Positions 9,440 to 19,607 of a DNA stretch of 64,000 nt are shown here, piece after piece. Source of the DNA: a virus; IMG/VR virus record IMGVR_UViG_3300020391_000004, positions 32,001-96,000 of that record. One strand, 5' to 3'. Position 1 is the stretch's first letter; each line of letters opens with the position of its first letter. Made by a program: the position numbers and the translations under genes. The notes below the pieces were generated by a model. It was given only the letters and a program-made list of their open reading frames with translations, did not search any database and had not been told where the DNA came from.

Positions 9440-11014
9440 TTATTTTATTATTCTTATAGAGTATTTAAAACTAGCACTGCTACCTGTACTTGTAGTAACA
9501 TAATTAAGTGTAGTTATATTTGAGCTATTTGTCAAGGAAAAAGTAACACCGACGCTACCATTATTTTCTTGAAAGTTATCATTTATCACTTGCCCATTTG
9601 CATCATGTGTAATAGATAACACACCTTGACGCTTTGCAGTGCCTCTTGTAAGTAGATACTCAATCTCAACTGCATTTTCTAAACTATTGTTGTCACTAAA
9701 TGTAATACCACTTGACTTTGAACTGTTATCGTCTAAAGTAATAGTAGCACCATACTGTCTTGCATAGTGTCCAATTTCCACTTGTGTAGTATCAATAGCA
9801 GTGCCTTTGTGATTAACTCTTTTCTTTGTTGTTGTAACATCAGTTAGTGGACGTTCAAAGTCATCACTTATACTGTTATTTCCTGTTGTAGCAAAATTTA
9901 TAACATGAGTATTAGCATTTCCAATGCCTAAGTTATTATTTGCACAGTCTTTAAATGTATTGAATGCACTTGTAAAGCCAGGGCCTGCAAATACATGTAT
10001 TGCATGGTTGTATATGTCATCAAATAAACTATTTGTAACTTTTATCCCACGTGGTCCATCTACACTAGGAGCACTTCCTGTTATGTTTTCACCAATTTTA
10101 AATCCTTTAAATGCTGTATTAAATTCGCATCCACTAAATGTTATACTACTCATATCATGGTCTGCATTTACTAGTAAATTGGACTTTGTAAAAGTACAAC
10201 CAACAAAGTGAACATGTTCAGTTTCTCTCGAATTAGAACTTTCTAATTTTAAAGTAGTTGCACTGTTTCCAATTGCAGTAGGCACAGTAGTTTGAAATCC
10301 TTGAAAACGACAATGACTAAATGTAACATTTTGTCCTTGATTAACAACAAAACTATCTACTGTATCAACACTTGCAAAAAAAGTTAATCCAGCAATGTTT
10401 ACTTCTCCAGGTAGGCTTGCACTACTTGCTCCAACACTTCCGTCAATTTGTTGTAATGCATCTGCAGTCATTGCTATACAATCTGGTGTTGTACTTGTTG
10501 CTTTAATTATACTACTATCATGTCCTTCACCTATTAATGTTGCATAGGTAGGTATTTTTAGTATATCAGTCACTATATATGTTCCTGCAGGAAAAAATAA
10601 TGCTCTACGTATTTCTGTGTTTAAAGCTCTACTATATAACTGAAATAAAGCACGGTTAATTGCTACAGTATCATCTGTTGTTCCGTCACCTTTAGCACCA
10701 AAATCTTTTACACTTGCATGATCATCAAACTTTTGTAGCATAGTACGTGTAATAGGATTGTTTGCAGTAGTGCCAGTAGTAGCATTATATCCACTTGCGG
10801 CTCCTTTATATGTGTATGTATCTGCACTATCTAACAAATCACTATTAGCAGTAAGTAATTCTATATTTTCTATTTTAGGAGCGTCAGTACCACCATTTCC
10901 TATATAAAGTCTTCTTGTATCGACTGCAAGTCCTAACTCGCCTACTGCAAGTTGTGGTAAATTATCTGCAACACCTCTTCTATGTTGAATGCGTGAAATT
11001 TGTACTATAGCCAC
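9440..11014 (-). CDS. Tail fibre/spike protein with Mtd_N-like anchor and pectate-lyase-like beta-helix
   Basis: IQHRRG...LAVGELGLAVDTRRLYIGNG; SVKDFGAKGDGTTDDTVAINRA; FFPAGTY. Confidence 0.7.
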   Translation of the reverse strand: MAIVQISRIQHRRGVADNLPQLAVGELGLAVDTRRLYIGNGGTDAPKIENIELLTANSDLLDSADTYTYKGAASGYNATTGTTANNPITRTMLQKFDDHASVKDFGAKGDGTTDDTVAINRALFQLYSRALNTEIRRALFFPAGTYIVTDILKIPTYATLIGEGHDSSIIKATSTTPDCIAMTADALQQIDGSVGASSASLPGEVNIAGLTFFASVDTVDSFVVNQGQNVTFSHCRFQGFQTTVPTAIGNSATTLKLESSNSRETEHVHFVGCTFTKSNLLVNADHDMSSITFSGCEFNTAFKGFKIGENITGSAPSVDGPRGIKVTNSLFDDIYNHAIHVFAGPGFTSAFNTFKDCANNNLGIGNANTHVINFATTGNNSISDDFERPLTDVTTTKKRVNHKGTAIDTTQVEIGHYARQYGATITLDDNSSKSSGITFSDNNSLENAVEIEYLLTRGTAKRQGVLSITHDANGQVINDNFQENNGSVGVTFSLTNSSNITTLNYVTTSTGSSASFKYSIRIIK

Positions 11015-11042
11015 GTTCTATACTCCTAATTGTATAGTGTAT

Positions 11043-11717
11043 TTATCCGTAATAGAGAGCAACTCTGTCAAACCAAATATCGCTATAATAATTAAATGCT
11101 TTATCTTCTAGTATCCATTCCTGATACTGATAGTCTTTACTACACATTAATATTACACCTTTGCTAATATTAGTGTCAAACATATTATTATGTGCATGAG
11201 CATATGCACAGAGTTGTAAAAAATAATCTTCAACCCATTCTGTTTTCTTAGGTTTATTCGTTTGTTTAAAATCCATTATACTAGGAATGCCTTTATGTAA
11301 ACCAACTAAGTCTGTTGTGCCTGCATAAAGTCCGCTATGATATAAAGGTACTTCAGTACCCCACAGTTCGTCAGCATGTGAAAGTCCATGTTCTAGTATA
11401 ATACTTGCCATTCTATGACTTTGCTGACTATATGGATTACTACCAGGCTCCCCAATTACTCCAGTTTCTACGTAGTCTTCTAACCATTTATGCATACGTG
11501 TACCTCTGCCGGCGGCTTCAGTAACAATCTGTTGTGCTTTTACTTGACCTACACGTTTCTTCCAATTTCTTAGTGCTTGACGTTTCTCTTCCGATTTTGT
11601 TTTGTCTAGTATAGTAGTCACACTAGGAACCGCTGAACCATCTGGAGTAAGATAATGTCTCTTTCCATCAACCGTTTTTCTTTTGATAGGAGAATAATTA
11701 TATTTGTTTGTAATCAT
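11043..11717 (-). CDS. PD-(D/E)XK exonuclease (lambda-exo/Cas4-like phage nuclease)
   Basis: PSVTTIL, RGTRMH, YAGTTD, IMDFKQT, QLCAYA. Confidence 0.8.
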   Translation of the reverse strand: MITNKYNYSPIKRKTVDGKRHYLTPDGSAVPSVTTILDKTKSEEKRQALRNWKKRVGQVKAQQIVTEAAGRGTRMHKWLEDYVETGVIGEPGSNPYSQQSHRMASIILEHGLSHADELWGTEVPLYHSGLYAGTTDLVGLHKGIPSIMDFKQTNKPKKTEWVEDYFLQLCAYAHAHNNMFDTNISKGVILMCSKDYQYQEWILEDKAFNYYSDIWFDRVALYYG

Positions 11718-11722
11718 CATTT

Positions 11723-11751
11723 ATTATAACATTTTATATTTCTGTTGTCAA
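11723..11751 (-). promoter_or_regulatory. Consensus sigma70 promoter, probably giving a leaderless exonuclease mRNA
   Basis: TTGACA-N17-TATAAT with TG extension; predicted +1 falls at the ATG at 11717. Confidence 0.75.
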
Positions 11752-12786
11752 AGGATCAATTAATGCTCGTGCATTCCTAGTAAGCCACAGTTTGTCTCTC
11801 ATACGGTTTTGATTATAGTCCAAAACCTCTTTTAGTTCTTGCCTTACTATAATAGGATCTAGTTTTTGTAATTGCATAAAACTCTCAAATGCACTTTTTG
11901 TTCTTTGAGTTGTATCATCAATGTTATCGTAACTTTCATCTATCACAGGATGAAATGTTTTAAATCCTATGTGTTTTAACATCTTTAAGTAATGTTTCCC
12001 ACTTAAAACAATAAATGGTTTATTACATAACATAGGTTTTCCTACTTTTTCGGTTGGGAAAAATATACGATCAGTACTTAATGTTTCTGCAACTAGACTG
12101 ATCCATGTAGCGTCCTCTATGTGCTTACTAATATAGTGACTTGTAAATGTAGGAACTCCATCCAAATCATTTATAGCAGTGTTTGTATATTCAGTATGTG
12201 TAATATTTGTAAAAAAATTATCTATTTTAGAATCACCTTCGTCTATAAAAGGACTTTTATAAACCTTAAATAAATTTACAAGATTATTATCTAGTTGATT
12301 ATTATCCTTTAACAAGTCAAAAAAACAGCTTCGCATCGGCTTTCCGTTACCTAATAACACATTAGCAAAGTAAGGTCTTGTTGTATTGTGTTCTAGCACT
12401 ACGTCTTTATTACTCATACTAGTGTTAACTAAATGCCAACTACTAAAGGCATACTTACAGGGCCAGTTATGATCTTTATATGTGATACTGCTTGTGATTA
12501 AATAATCTTTTTCCGTACAGGGTGGTGTACCTGTTGCTTCCCATATAAATTGTTCTCCGGGTATAACATATTCAAGATCTTCAAATACAATAGTTCGATT
12601 TGATTTTTCTCTTTTCTGCCATTTGTTATGATCAAAACTTCGAAGTTTACTAAATGCTACTTGTTTGGGATTAAAATATGGATGCGGTATATCATTATCG
12701 TAAATTGAATTAAGCACTCCATATGGATCCTCGTTCATAAACGCATATTTCATTCTACGATTAAATTCAGAAGTCTGCAAATCCAC
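11734..12786 (-). CDS. Glycosyltransferase-like protein (GT10-type C-terminal motif), paralog 1
   Basis: ISLVAET...FFPTEKVGKP....PFIV.SG...L..IGFKTF...DESYD. Confidence 0.5.
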   Translation of the reverse strand: MDLQTSEFNRRMKYAFMNEDPYGVLNSIYDNDIPHPYFNPKQVAFSKLRSFDHNKWQKREKSNRTIVFEDLEYVIPGEQFIWEATGTPPCTEKDYLITSSITYKDHNWPCKYAFSSWHLVNTSMSNKDVVLEHNTTRPYFANVLLGNGKPMRSCFFDLLKDNNQLDNNLVNLFKVYKSPFIDEGDSKIDNFFTNITHTEYTNTAINDLDGVPTFTSHYISKHIEDATWISLVAETLSTDRIFFPTEKVGKPMLCNKPFIVLSGKHYLKMLKHIGFKTFHPVIDESYDNIDDTTQRTKSAFESFMQLQKLDPIIVRQELKEVLDYNQNRMRDKLWLTRNARALIDPLTTEI

Positions 12787-13303
12787 TCACCTGTAGTGTA
12801 TACTTGTCTTTCATTCCTGCATTAGCACTTAAATGTAAATGATTACTATCCCATATCCAGCCTTCGCCAGCAGTCCAATGAGTGCTATTGTGCCATACGT
12901 TATCTTTTTCATACTGTAAGTATTCGCCAACATGCCAATCTTCTAAGTACATGTTTGCTCTTACTTTAAGTCTAGTATCATTAGGGTGTGCTTTCTTAAT
13001 TTGAAAGAATGTATCTCTGTGTACAGGGATCATATTTCCAGGTGGTTGTAATATACTACTTACTGTAACAACTTGTATACCTAGTTGCGAACCTAGTTTA
13101 TCAAAGTCTACTTGTTCCCTAGTCCACCATAGTTGGCGTATAAGTGTATTACCCATGTCGTAGCTATCCGGGAAGCCTCCGAACTTTTCATGTATATCTT
13201 TTAGTTCGTGTACTTGGTGACTAATACAACTTCCGCTATGCACAGAATAGTCTGCATCCACAAACTGTTTTAAATTATAATCTAATTTTGCTTTTTTTAA
13301 CAT
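12767..13303 (-). CDS. Cupin/2OG-Fe(II) oxygenase-like protein
   Basis: QPPG.MIPVHRD (HxD) and distal HLSANAG His. Confidence 0.55.
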   Translation of the reverse strand: MLKKAKLDYNLKQFVDADYSVHSGSCISHQVHELKDIHEKFGGFPDSYDMGNTLIRQLWWTREQVDFDKLGSQLGIQVVTVSSILQPPGNMIPVHRDTFFQIKKAHPNDTRLKVRANMYLEDWHVGEYLQYEKDNVWHNSTHWTAGEGWIWDSNHLHLSANAGMKDKYTLQVSGFADF

Positions 13304-13308
13304 TTTTT

Positions 13309-14145
13309 TTACTCTATATATTGCATTAAATATTCAGCCCAAGCAACATGTCCATTTTCTAATGGATGTCTTGTTCCTTGGTCACTTTGCATAGGATTAT
13401 TTCTCATCCATATTTCTGCTAACTGTGAAGAAGCCATTTGTTCCATCATTGTATACTTTAATTTATTATACACACCTTTATTCTTTAATGTTGCAATTAT
13501 AGGAGTGTATGACATATCAGTTAGGACTCTTAAATCTTTTGGATATTTATTTTCTTGTGGTAGAATTTCCTCTAGTAAATCCATCCACGTCTTATCAACA
13601 TGGTCTTTCTGTATATTTTCATTATATGTATATGTAAAGTTACGGCTTACCACAAACTTAACAATAGGATATACGTCGATCAGTTCACTTTTAAAGGATT
13701 CAAACATTTTGTTCTCATAGTCTTTTAAAAAATTATCAACATCTATGTAATGATCAAATTTATTAGGCACCCAAATATTATCTTTAATCATTTCTCTACC
13801 GATTTCTGTCATACATATAATTACATATATTTTACTATATTTGTCTATTAGATATGGCATTGCATAAATTAGATTATCTTGTATGCTTATATTTGATCCT
13901 GCAGGTTTCGATATATTTAAAAAATCACTATTTAATTTGTTAGCAATAATAGAACCATATACATGATTCATTCTATAATCTCTGTCTTCACCTAATGAAG
14001 GACCCAAACTATCACCCCATGTCCAACTATCTCCTGCAGTGACTACAATAGATTCCTTGCCTTTACTAATTTCATCAAACCATCTTTTACGTGGATTAGG
14101 TTCTAAAGAAATTGGAAGAATGTCCATTAGTTGGTTATCTTCCAT
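13309..14145 (-). CDS. SGNH/GDSL hydrolase-like protein, paralog 1
   Basis: GDSWTWG block I, N.SKPAGSN block II, C-terminal HPLENGH. Confidence 0.6.
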   Translation of the reverse strand: MEDNQLMDILPISLEPNPRKRWFDEISKGKESIVVTAGDSWTWGDSLGPSLGEDRDYRMNHVYGSIIANKLNSDFLNISKPAGSNISIQDNLIYAMPYLIDKYSKIYVIICMTEIGREMIKDNIWVPNKFDHYIDVDNFLKDYENKMFESFKSELIDVYPIVKFVVSRNFTYTYNENIQKDHVDKTWMDLLEEILPQENKYPKDLRVLTDMSYTPIIATLKNKGVYNKLKYTMMEQMASSQLAEIWMRNNPMQSDQGTRHPLENGHVAWAEYLMQYIE

Positions 14146-14153
14146 AATTTATG

Positions 14154-14513
14154 CTACCAATTAATTTCCCAATAGAAATATGTTCCAGATGTACTTTTTC
14201 TTGCAATAGTATATCCTTTGTTTTGAAAATGTGCTATAACCTCATTCATCTGCTCTGTTTTCACAGTGTCTGTGATTGTTCCTTGATATGCCTTGTAATA
14301 ATTTTGACCGTCTGTATCATTGTCAGTCATTGGTGAACCTGTGATAGTTGCACCTTGTATTGTTACTGTGCTTGTATTTGAGATTGACGTAGTAAATGCT
14401 CCAGCAGTAATTGCATTTAATACAGCTACTTCCATTATAGCAATCTGTTGTACAAGTGTATTGTTACCTTGTGCCCTTTCTCTGGCTTGAGAGCCTGTTG
14501 GAAACACTGCCAT
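14154..14513 (-). CDS. Hypothetical, probable virion protein
   Basis: Thr/Ala-rich 119-aa ORF translationally coupled to the head module. Confidence 0.5.
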   Translation of the reverse strand: MAVFPTGSQARERAQGNNTLVQQIAIMEVAVLNAITAGAFTTSISNTSTVTIQGATITGSPMTDNDTDGQNYYKAYQGTITDTVKTEQMNEVIAHFQNKGYTIARKSTSGTYFYWEINW

Positions 14514-16024
14514 TACTTTTTGCCTTTTAAGAAGTTTCTAAATTTAGATTGCATTGATTCCGTCTTAACATCTTTAGGCTTAGGACCCTTACCAGATATC
14601 ATTCTTCCAAAGTCTATATTTTTTGTTTTAGTTTCAGTTTTTTTCTTTTTACCTGTTGGCTTATAACCACTTGCGAATGCTGCCTTGCGTTGTGCATCAC
14701 TTGCAAATCCTTCGTCTGTGTTTGCAGCTCTTGTACGATCTCTTTGTTCTTCATCTGGGCCGTCTGAGTCTGCTGGGTTTCGGCGATTAGCATCTTTTTC
14801 TGCCTGGTAGTAATACTTGGTACTAATTTTATCTCTTAACTTTTGTGCTTCTGGACCAATACTTCCTTCATTAGAATGCATTGCATTTATACCATTTATA
14901 ATCATTAATTCTGGACCTGTACCATACAATTGTGTCACCATCTTAGCAACTTTGCCATGCTGATTTTCATCTTCAAGTTCTTTTACTTTAGCAAAAAACT
15001 TTTTTATATCATATCCAAATTCACTTGTTGGTATTGCTTCTGAGATTCCTTCATATACAGGAACAATTTTTTGTGCTCTAGAAGCTACTGCATATAAACC
15101 TTGAATATGCTTATACATTGTTGCTAATTGGTCTGTTAAGTCACCGTTGTCCATGTCGCTTATTTCATTAATTTTTTCATTGAGGGTGGCAATATCTCTT
15201 ATAAACATACGTAACTGATTTTGCATCTGTCTTGCTTTTACTTTTTCGTAATCAGCAGGTTCTTGTTCATTTATATCAGCAGTCACTTTTTTCTTTTTAT
15301 TGTATTTGTCTTTTATTTTGCCAATCTCTTCAGCACTTGCACCACTACCAGCTGCACTTTGTATCTTGGTCATGCCTTCTTTACCATATTTTCTTACACC
15401 ACCTTTGTATAAGACACCACTTTCACCTACTGCTTTATCTTCCATCTTTACTTGGCCCATTGCAAAGTTTTGAACTTTCATCATACCTGCTTTTGTTTGC
15501 AACATGCGTTCTAGTTTGGCTTTGTTTGCATCATTTACTGCATCATAAACTTTTGTAATAGCACTAGCAGTAAACAAATCTACTTTCATAGTTCCATCTT
15601 GAAACTTTACTGGCATATTTTGTTTGTTTGTTACAATTTTTTTAAGTGTATCTATTGCGCCTTCGTTGATTTCTATATGTTCTCTTGTTCTCACTGCACT
15701 TCTCGCCATTTGTGTTATACGTTCATCCGGAGATGGTTGGTTACTTGGTTTTGTGTTATCTACTGCTTTGTTATCACCATCTGCACTCATAAACGTTACA
15801 GTATCTTTATCAAATTTTGCAATAACATTTGCTAGTTGTGGATTTGTATCATAAACTGTTTTAAATCCTTCATAGTCCATAACTACGCCTGCGTTCTTTA
15901 GCATTTGTAAAAAGCCGTTCATGCTAAGTTGGCCTTGCTGGTTTCTAGAACCTGCTTTGGTCTGAGCCAGCATGGCTGCACTCATTATGGCATCAACTGC
16001 ACTATCTACTTCAAAGAATCGCAT
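14513..16024 (-). CDS. Prohead core/internal head protein-like multidomain protein
   Basis: MRFFE N-terminus; repeated [ILV]xE sites; KIV..KQ..VKF.DG..KVDLFTASA and EGFASDAQRKAAFASG segments typical of T4-like core proteins as recalled. Confidence 0.55.
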   Translation of the reverse strand: MRFFEVDSAVDAIMSAAMLAQTKAGSRNQQGQLSMNGFLQMLKNAGVVMDYEGFKTVYDTNPQLANVIAKFDKDTVTFMSADGDNKAVDNTKPSNQPSPDERITQMARSAVRTREHIEINEGAIDTLKKIVTNKQNMPVKFQDGTMKVDLFTASAITKVYDAVNDANKAKLERMLQTKAGMMKVQNFAMGQVKMEDKAVGESGVLYKGGVRKYGKEGMTKIQSAAGSGASAEEIGKIKDKYNKKKKVTADINEQEPADYEKVKARQMQNQLRMFIRDIATLNEKINEISDMDNGDLTDQLATMYKHIQGLYAVASRAQKIVPVYEGISEAIPTSEFGYDIKKFFAKVKELEDENQHGKVAKMVTQLYGTGPELMIINGINAMHSNEGSIGPEAQKLRDKISTKYYYQAEKDANRRNPADSDGPDEEQRDRTRAANTDEGFASDAQRKAAFASGYKPTGKKKKTETKTKNIDFGRMISGKGPKPKDVKTESMQSKFRNFLKGKK

Positions 16025-16722
16025 TAATTACTTAATCCCATTACTCCACTACGACCTAGCATTCCTTTTAATTCATCTAATTCAGCATCGCCTTCTTGTG
16101 CTACTTTTTCTGTAGCGCCTGCAGACTCACCTATATCATACATAAACAATTTGTCATATACTTCTGGATGATCTTGTTTAATTGCGGCTTTCATATCACG
16201 CATAAGTTCTTCTCTTGGCACTGTATCACCGACACCAAATTCTGCAGTCGATACAATGTCATTACCATCAGCATCACCTTGTTTCATAAGTCTTTCAATT
16301 GCTTCAATCTTATCTTCTAGATCATCAATATTTACATAACTTACAATATCATCATCCATATCATAAATCTTCATTTGTATTGCATTTGGATCTGTCATAC
16401 CTTGTTGTTTTAAACCTTTTTCAAGGTTATTATATCTGTCATGCCATTCATCAGCATCCTTTTCATATTCGGCTAAAAGTTTTTCAATTGCTGGCTTAAC
16501 ATCATCTAATTTGACATTGTCTCTATCTAATCTTCCGGCTCGTGTTGCTTCATCTTCTTCACGACCACTATTAGTAACTTCTTCTGGGGAGGCTTCTTCT
16601 ACTTCTTGTTCTTCAACAGGTAGTTCCAATTCAGTAATCTCATCTGAGTCAACAACTTCGGTCTTGTTAGTTATTTCGTCTATCCTATCTTGTAATTTTC
16701 TTAGATCTAATGGTGTATACAT
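16024..16722 (-). CDS. Acidic head-module protein
   Basis: Very D/E-rich ORF within the head cluster. Confidence 0.5.
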   Translation of the reverse strand: MYTPLDLRKLQDRIDEITNKTEVVDSDEITELELPVEEQEVEEASPEEVTNSGREEDEATRAGRLDRDNVKLDDVKPAIEKLLAEYEKDADEWHDRYNNLEKGLKQQGMTDPNAIQMKIYDMDDDIVSYVNIDDLEDKIEAIERLMKQGDADGNDIVSTAEFGVGDTVPREELMRDMKAAIKQDHPEVYDKLFMYDIGESAGATEKVAQEGDAELDELKGMLGRSGVMGLSN

Positions 16723-16724
16723 TA

Positions 16725-17561
16725 TTAGTCCCTCTTTTCTCTGCCGACTTCAGCTTCTGGTCCGCCCATTGCCGCATCTGCCGCAGCAAAGTCATCGTCA
16801 GCATCTTGGTCTACTGTTGGTTCCATATCTGGTTCGTCAGCTATAATAGGATCATCGCCCATTGGTTCTGCAGGTTGATCACCTACTAACACTCTAGTTG
16901 CAGTTTCTGCAGTCGCTCTATCAGCTTTCATAACTGCTAGTGTGCTTTCTAATGCTTGTGTCATCTGTTGTGTAAAATTATCTGCTACGTCACTACCCAT
17001 TTCGTCACGTACTTTATCTGCTACAGGTGCTAAGTCTTCGTTAGCCATTTCACTAAGGTCTTTAATCATTTGGTCGTACTTGTCAACCATGCTTTTAGCA
17101 GCCATTACTAATTCACTAGTTTCAACTGCACCTTCGTTTACTTGTATATCTTCTGACTCACCAAATCTTTTCTTTGCACGTTCTTCATCATCCTTACCTT
17201 TATCAGTAATAGGATAAGTTTTTCCGTTAAAACTAAAACTATTTTTACCATCTGCTATTGCTTTTTCTCTAGCAGTATTGAATGCATTCTCTTCTACTTC
17301 CTCTTCGTCAACCATACGTTCGTTAATATGTTTTGATAGTGCTTCTAGTGCTAGTTTAATTTCGTAATATTTTGTACGCTTTTGTGCTTCACTACCAAGT
17401 TGACTTTCATATAAAATCATCTGTGATTGTAAATTACTATGTAATTTTTTTGCTTTAGTTTCTGAAATATTTTCTAAGTCTAATGAATATCCAAACACAC
17501 GCTTTGCTATTTTGTTTACTTTTTGTGCATTAGGCGCTGGAACAAGTTCGTCTAGGTTCAT
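16725..17561 (-). CDS. Acidic scaffold/core-like protein
   Basis: MNLDEL N-terminus, VNEGA site, acidic coiled coil. Confidence 0.5.
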   Translation of the reverse strand: MNLDELVPAPNAQKVNKIAKRVFGYSLDLENISETKAKKLHSNLQSQMILYESQLGSEAQKRTKYYEIKLALEALSKHINERMVDEEEVEENAFNTAREKAIADGKNSFSFNGKTYPITDKGKDDEERAKKRFGESEDIQVNEGAVETSELVMAAKSMVDKYDQMIKDLSEMANEDLAPVADKVRDEMGSDVADNFTQQMTQALESTLAVMKADRATAETATRVLVGDQPAEPMGDDPIIADEPDMEPTVDQDADDDFAAADAAMGGPEAEVGREKRD

Positions 17562-17597
17562 GGGTCTATCCTTGTAAATTCTATTATAGTGTATTTA

Positions 17598-18026
17598 TTA
17601 AACTGAAATAGTTTTAAGAAGTTGTGTGAGTTGTGCATCAGCATGATATAGTCTAGGCATATCACTACTAATTCTATTACTCATAGTAATTTGTCTACCG
17701 TTTTTTGCTTTACGCATATGATAATAATACACATCAATGTCTGTTTTCATTTTTAGAAGATGTTGATCTAACTCTTTTATTTTACGTGCTTTACTTCTGT
17801 CTTCACGTAATAAGCAAAGTGCATATCCTACCGCACTTTTACGTCTATAGAATTTACATCCGCTACAGTTCCATTCCCCATGTATATTTTTTATATGGTA
17901 ATTGTTAACTTGTACGGAACCATTATCAAGTTTTCGTATCTTTACTTCAGGTACGAAGTCTAGTACACGACTAATTCTATTGTGGAGTTCCTGTTTGTTT
18001 TGATATTTTGTAGTAGATTTTTTCAT
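17598..18026 (-). CDS. Hypothetical basic protein
   Basis: Clean 142-aa ORF; TAAATA-type promoter for the downstream gene overlaps its 3' end. Confidence 0.55.
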   Translation of the reverse strand: MKKSTTKYQNKQELHNRISRVLDFVPEVKIRKLDNGSVQVNNYHIKNIHGEWNCSGCKFYRRKSAVGYALCLLREDRSKARKIKELDQHLLKMKTDIDVYYYHMRKAKNGRQITMSNRISSDMPRLYHADAQLTQLLKTISV

Positions 18027-18201
18027 CAGTCCTTTGCCTAATTAAGATAGATTTATTTGCAAGATTACTTGCAACTTTTTGTTCTCTCTCACTCAATTCT
18101 TTTTTAAGCACTTGACCTTTTTCCTTAATGGCTTCAATCAAGTCTTGCTCTTCTCCTGATACAAAGGTACTAAAACCTTTTGTAAATTCTACATATCTCA
18201 T
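17977..18201 (-). CDS. Small hypothetical protein (MRYVEF N-terminus)
   Basis: ATGA coupling to the upstream ORF; possible winged-helix-like LSEREQ.VA..L..K. Confidence 0.55.
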   Translation of the reverse strand: MRYVEFTKGFSTFVSGEEQDLIEAIKEKGQVLKKELSEREQKVASNLANKSILIRQRTDEKIYYKISKQTGTPQ

Positions 18202-18482
18202 CTAATACTACTAACATTTATATCTATCATTTGACCTGTTGCCTGCCTTATTAAGTTTGCTCTTTCTGCAGGAGTCAGTTCATCTGTAATAGTAATCATA
18301 TTGTTAGGGCCTGTTAGGTCTATTTTTTTATCTGCTAATGGCATTGTAAATTGTATACGTTGATCATTTGGATCAGCGAATGTTGCCGTGAAACCTTGTG
18401 TCTTAACAAGTATATACTGTGCTTCATTTATCTGCACAGTTTTTCCTGCTATCATTCCATATTGTGCTTCTAATAATTTCAT
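18198..18482 (-). CDS. Small hypothetical protein (MKLLE N-terminus)
   Basis: ATGA coupling; INEA site. Confidence 0.55.
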   Translation of the reverse strand: MKLLEAQYGMIAGKTVQINEAQYILVKTQGFTATFADPNDQRIQFTMPLADKKIDLTGPNNMITITDELTPAERANLIRQATGQMIDINVSSIR

Positions 18483-18748
18483 CTACTAGACCTATTTAAT
18501 GCCGCTACTCGTTTACTTGCAGGATTGACTCTTTTTGTTTTCTTAGCTTTACGTGCCATTTTTTTACCAAGTTTTAATTTGGTCATTTTTAATTTAATTC
18601 TTTTTTTAATATCTGGTGCGGCAAAACATTGTGCCGGTGAACTGACAATACGACTTTTCCTATTGCCACTTGTGCAACGAAACTTACGGACAACTTTGTT
18701 GCCACGTTTGGCCCAAGCCATACCTTCTGTAATCTCACTTAACAACAT
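18479..18748 (-). CDS. Small, highly basic protein, possible DNA-binding internal protein
   Basis: MLLSEITE|GMAW followed by a K/R-rich body. Confidence 0.6.
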   Translation of the reverse strand: MLLSEITEGMAWAKRGNKVVRKFRCTSGNRKSRIVSSPAQCFAAPDIKKRIKLKMTKLKLGKKMARKAKKTKRVNPASKRVAALNRSSR

Positions 18749-18752
18749 ACTG

Positions 18753-18760
18753 TATTTATA
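18753..18760 (-). promoter_or_regulatory. T4-type late promoter TATAAATA
   Basis: TATAAATA-CAGT-ATG, only 4 nt from the start codon. Confidence 0.7.
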
Positions 18761-18771
18761 CTATAGAATTA

Positions 18772-19026
18772 TTAGCTATTTAAAACCATAAACAGTAGAG
18801 CACCACAACTAGCAACTAATGCACTAATTATACCTATACCCCAACCAATCAATTGCTGATTGCGTTCTGTTTTTTGTTTTATAATCATGTCTCGCATTTC
18901 CATTAACATTTTTTCAAATTTATCCATGCGACTGCCCAAGTTCTTCAATTCTCTATGCAACCCATTATACCTTTCAGAACACAAATCTACATGTGCTTCT
19001 AAAGATTCTTTTTCTAAATCGGACAT
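18772..19026 (-). CDS. Coiled-coil protein with C-terminal TM helix (XhlA/holin-like)
   Basis: LEAHVDLCSERY coiled coil then LIGWGIGIISALVASCGALLFMV. Confidence 0.5.
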   Translation of the reverse strand: MSDLEKESLEAHVDLCSERYNGLHRELKNLGSRMDKFEKMLMEMRDMIIKQKTERNQQLIGWGIGIISALVASCGALLFMVLNS

Positions 19027-19032
19027 TTTCTA

Positions 19033-19132
19033 ATCACCTTCCTTGGGGTGATGTCTAGATATTTCTTTAATTTAGTTTGTGCCTGTTTTATTTTTATGTG
19101 TGCCTATTTTTCTAGCATCAGTTTTATTTATG
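19033..19132 (-). promoter_or_regulatory. Late promoter plus leader with two AGGCACA boxes and an RBS-sequestering hairpin
   Basis: CATAAATAAAAC 19121-19132; AGGCACA at 19099-19105 and 19078-19084; ATCACC/GGTGAT stem 19033-19052. Confidence 0.55.
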
Positions 19133-19607
19133 CTACAGTAACGGCTTCAAAAAACTGTATGTTAATATGTTCACTATCTTTTGTATGAAATACACTAGGT
19201 AAAAGATCAATTGTATTATTTAAATTTGGAACAACAGGGATCATATCAAAAACGTCATGCAATCTTTCAAGTTTTTTTCCAAAAACTCCTTGATGTTCGC
19301 TACCAATAGCAAATGTCCAAAAGTTTAGACTAGGCTTTAGCATTTCAAATTCAAATTTATATCTAGTCCCTAGTATCTTATATAGCACACTGCCTTTCAT
19401 AATATCCTTATTTGTAAATGTATCATGCAAAGGCGATTCTAATACAATAGGTTGTGTCAAAATACCTATAGTTTGCAATATTGTGTCCCAATTACGTTGT
19501 TGATTACGTTCAATACTGTCACCTCTTGTAACTCCAGTAGGTGTACAATCTACTAGTGTGATTCCCCATACTGCAGTTGGTACATCAAACATTATATGGA
19601 TCCTCAT
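19128..19607 (-). CDS. Hypothetical protein
   Basis: TLVDCT.TGV...RNQQRNW.T..Q.IG..TQP segment; start uncertain. Confidence 0.55.
   Translation of the reverse strand: MRIHIMFDVPTAVWGITLVDCTPTGVTRGDSIERNQQRNWDTILQTIGILTQPIVLESPLHDTFTNKDIMKGSVLYKILGTRYKFEFEMLKPSLNFWTFAIGSEHQGVFGKKLERLHDVFDMIPVVPNLNNTIDLLPSVFHTKDSEHINIQFFEAVTVA

Noticed and set aside
11043-11717. Cas4 or CRISPR adaptation gene
   Set aside because: Only a PD-(D/E)XK core without the four-Cys Fe-S motif, and no array; an ordinary phage exonuclease.
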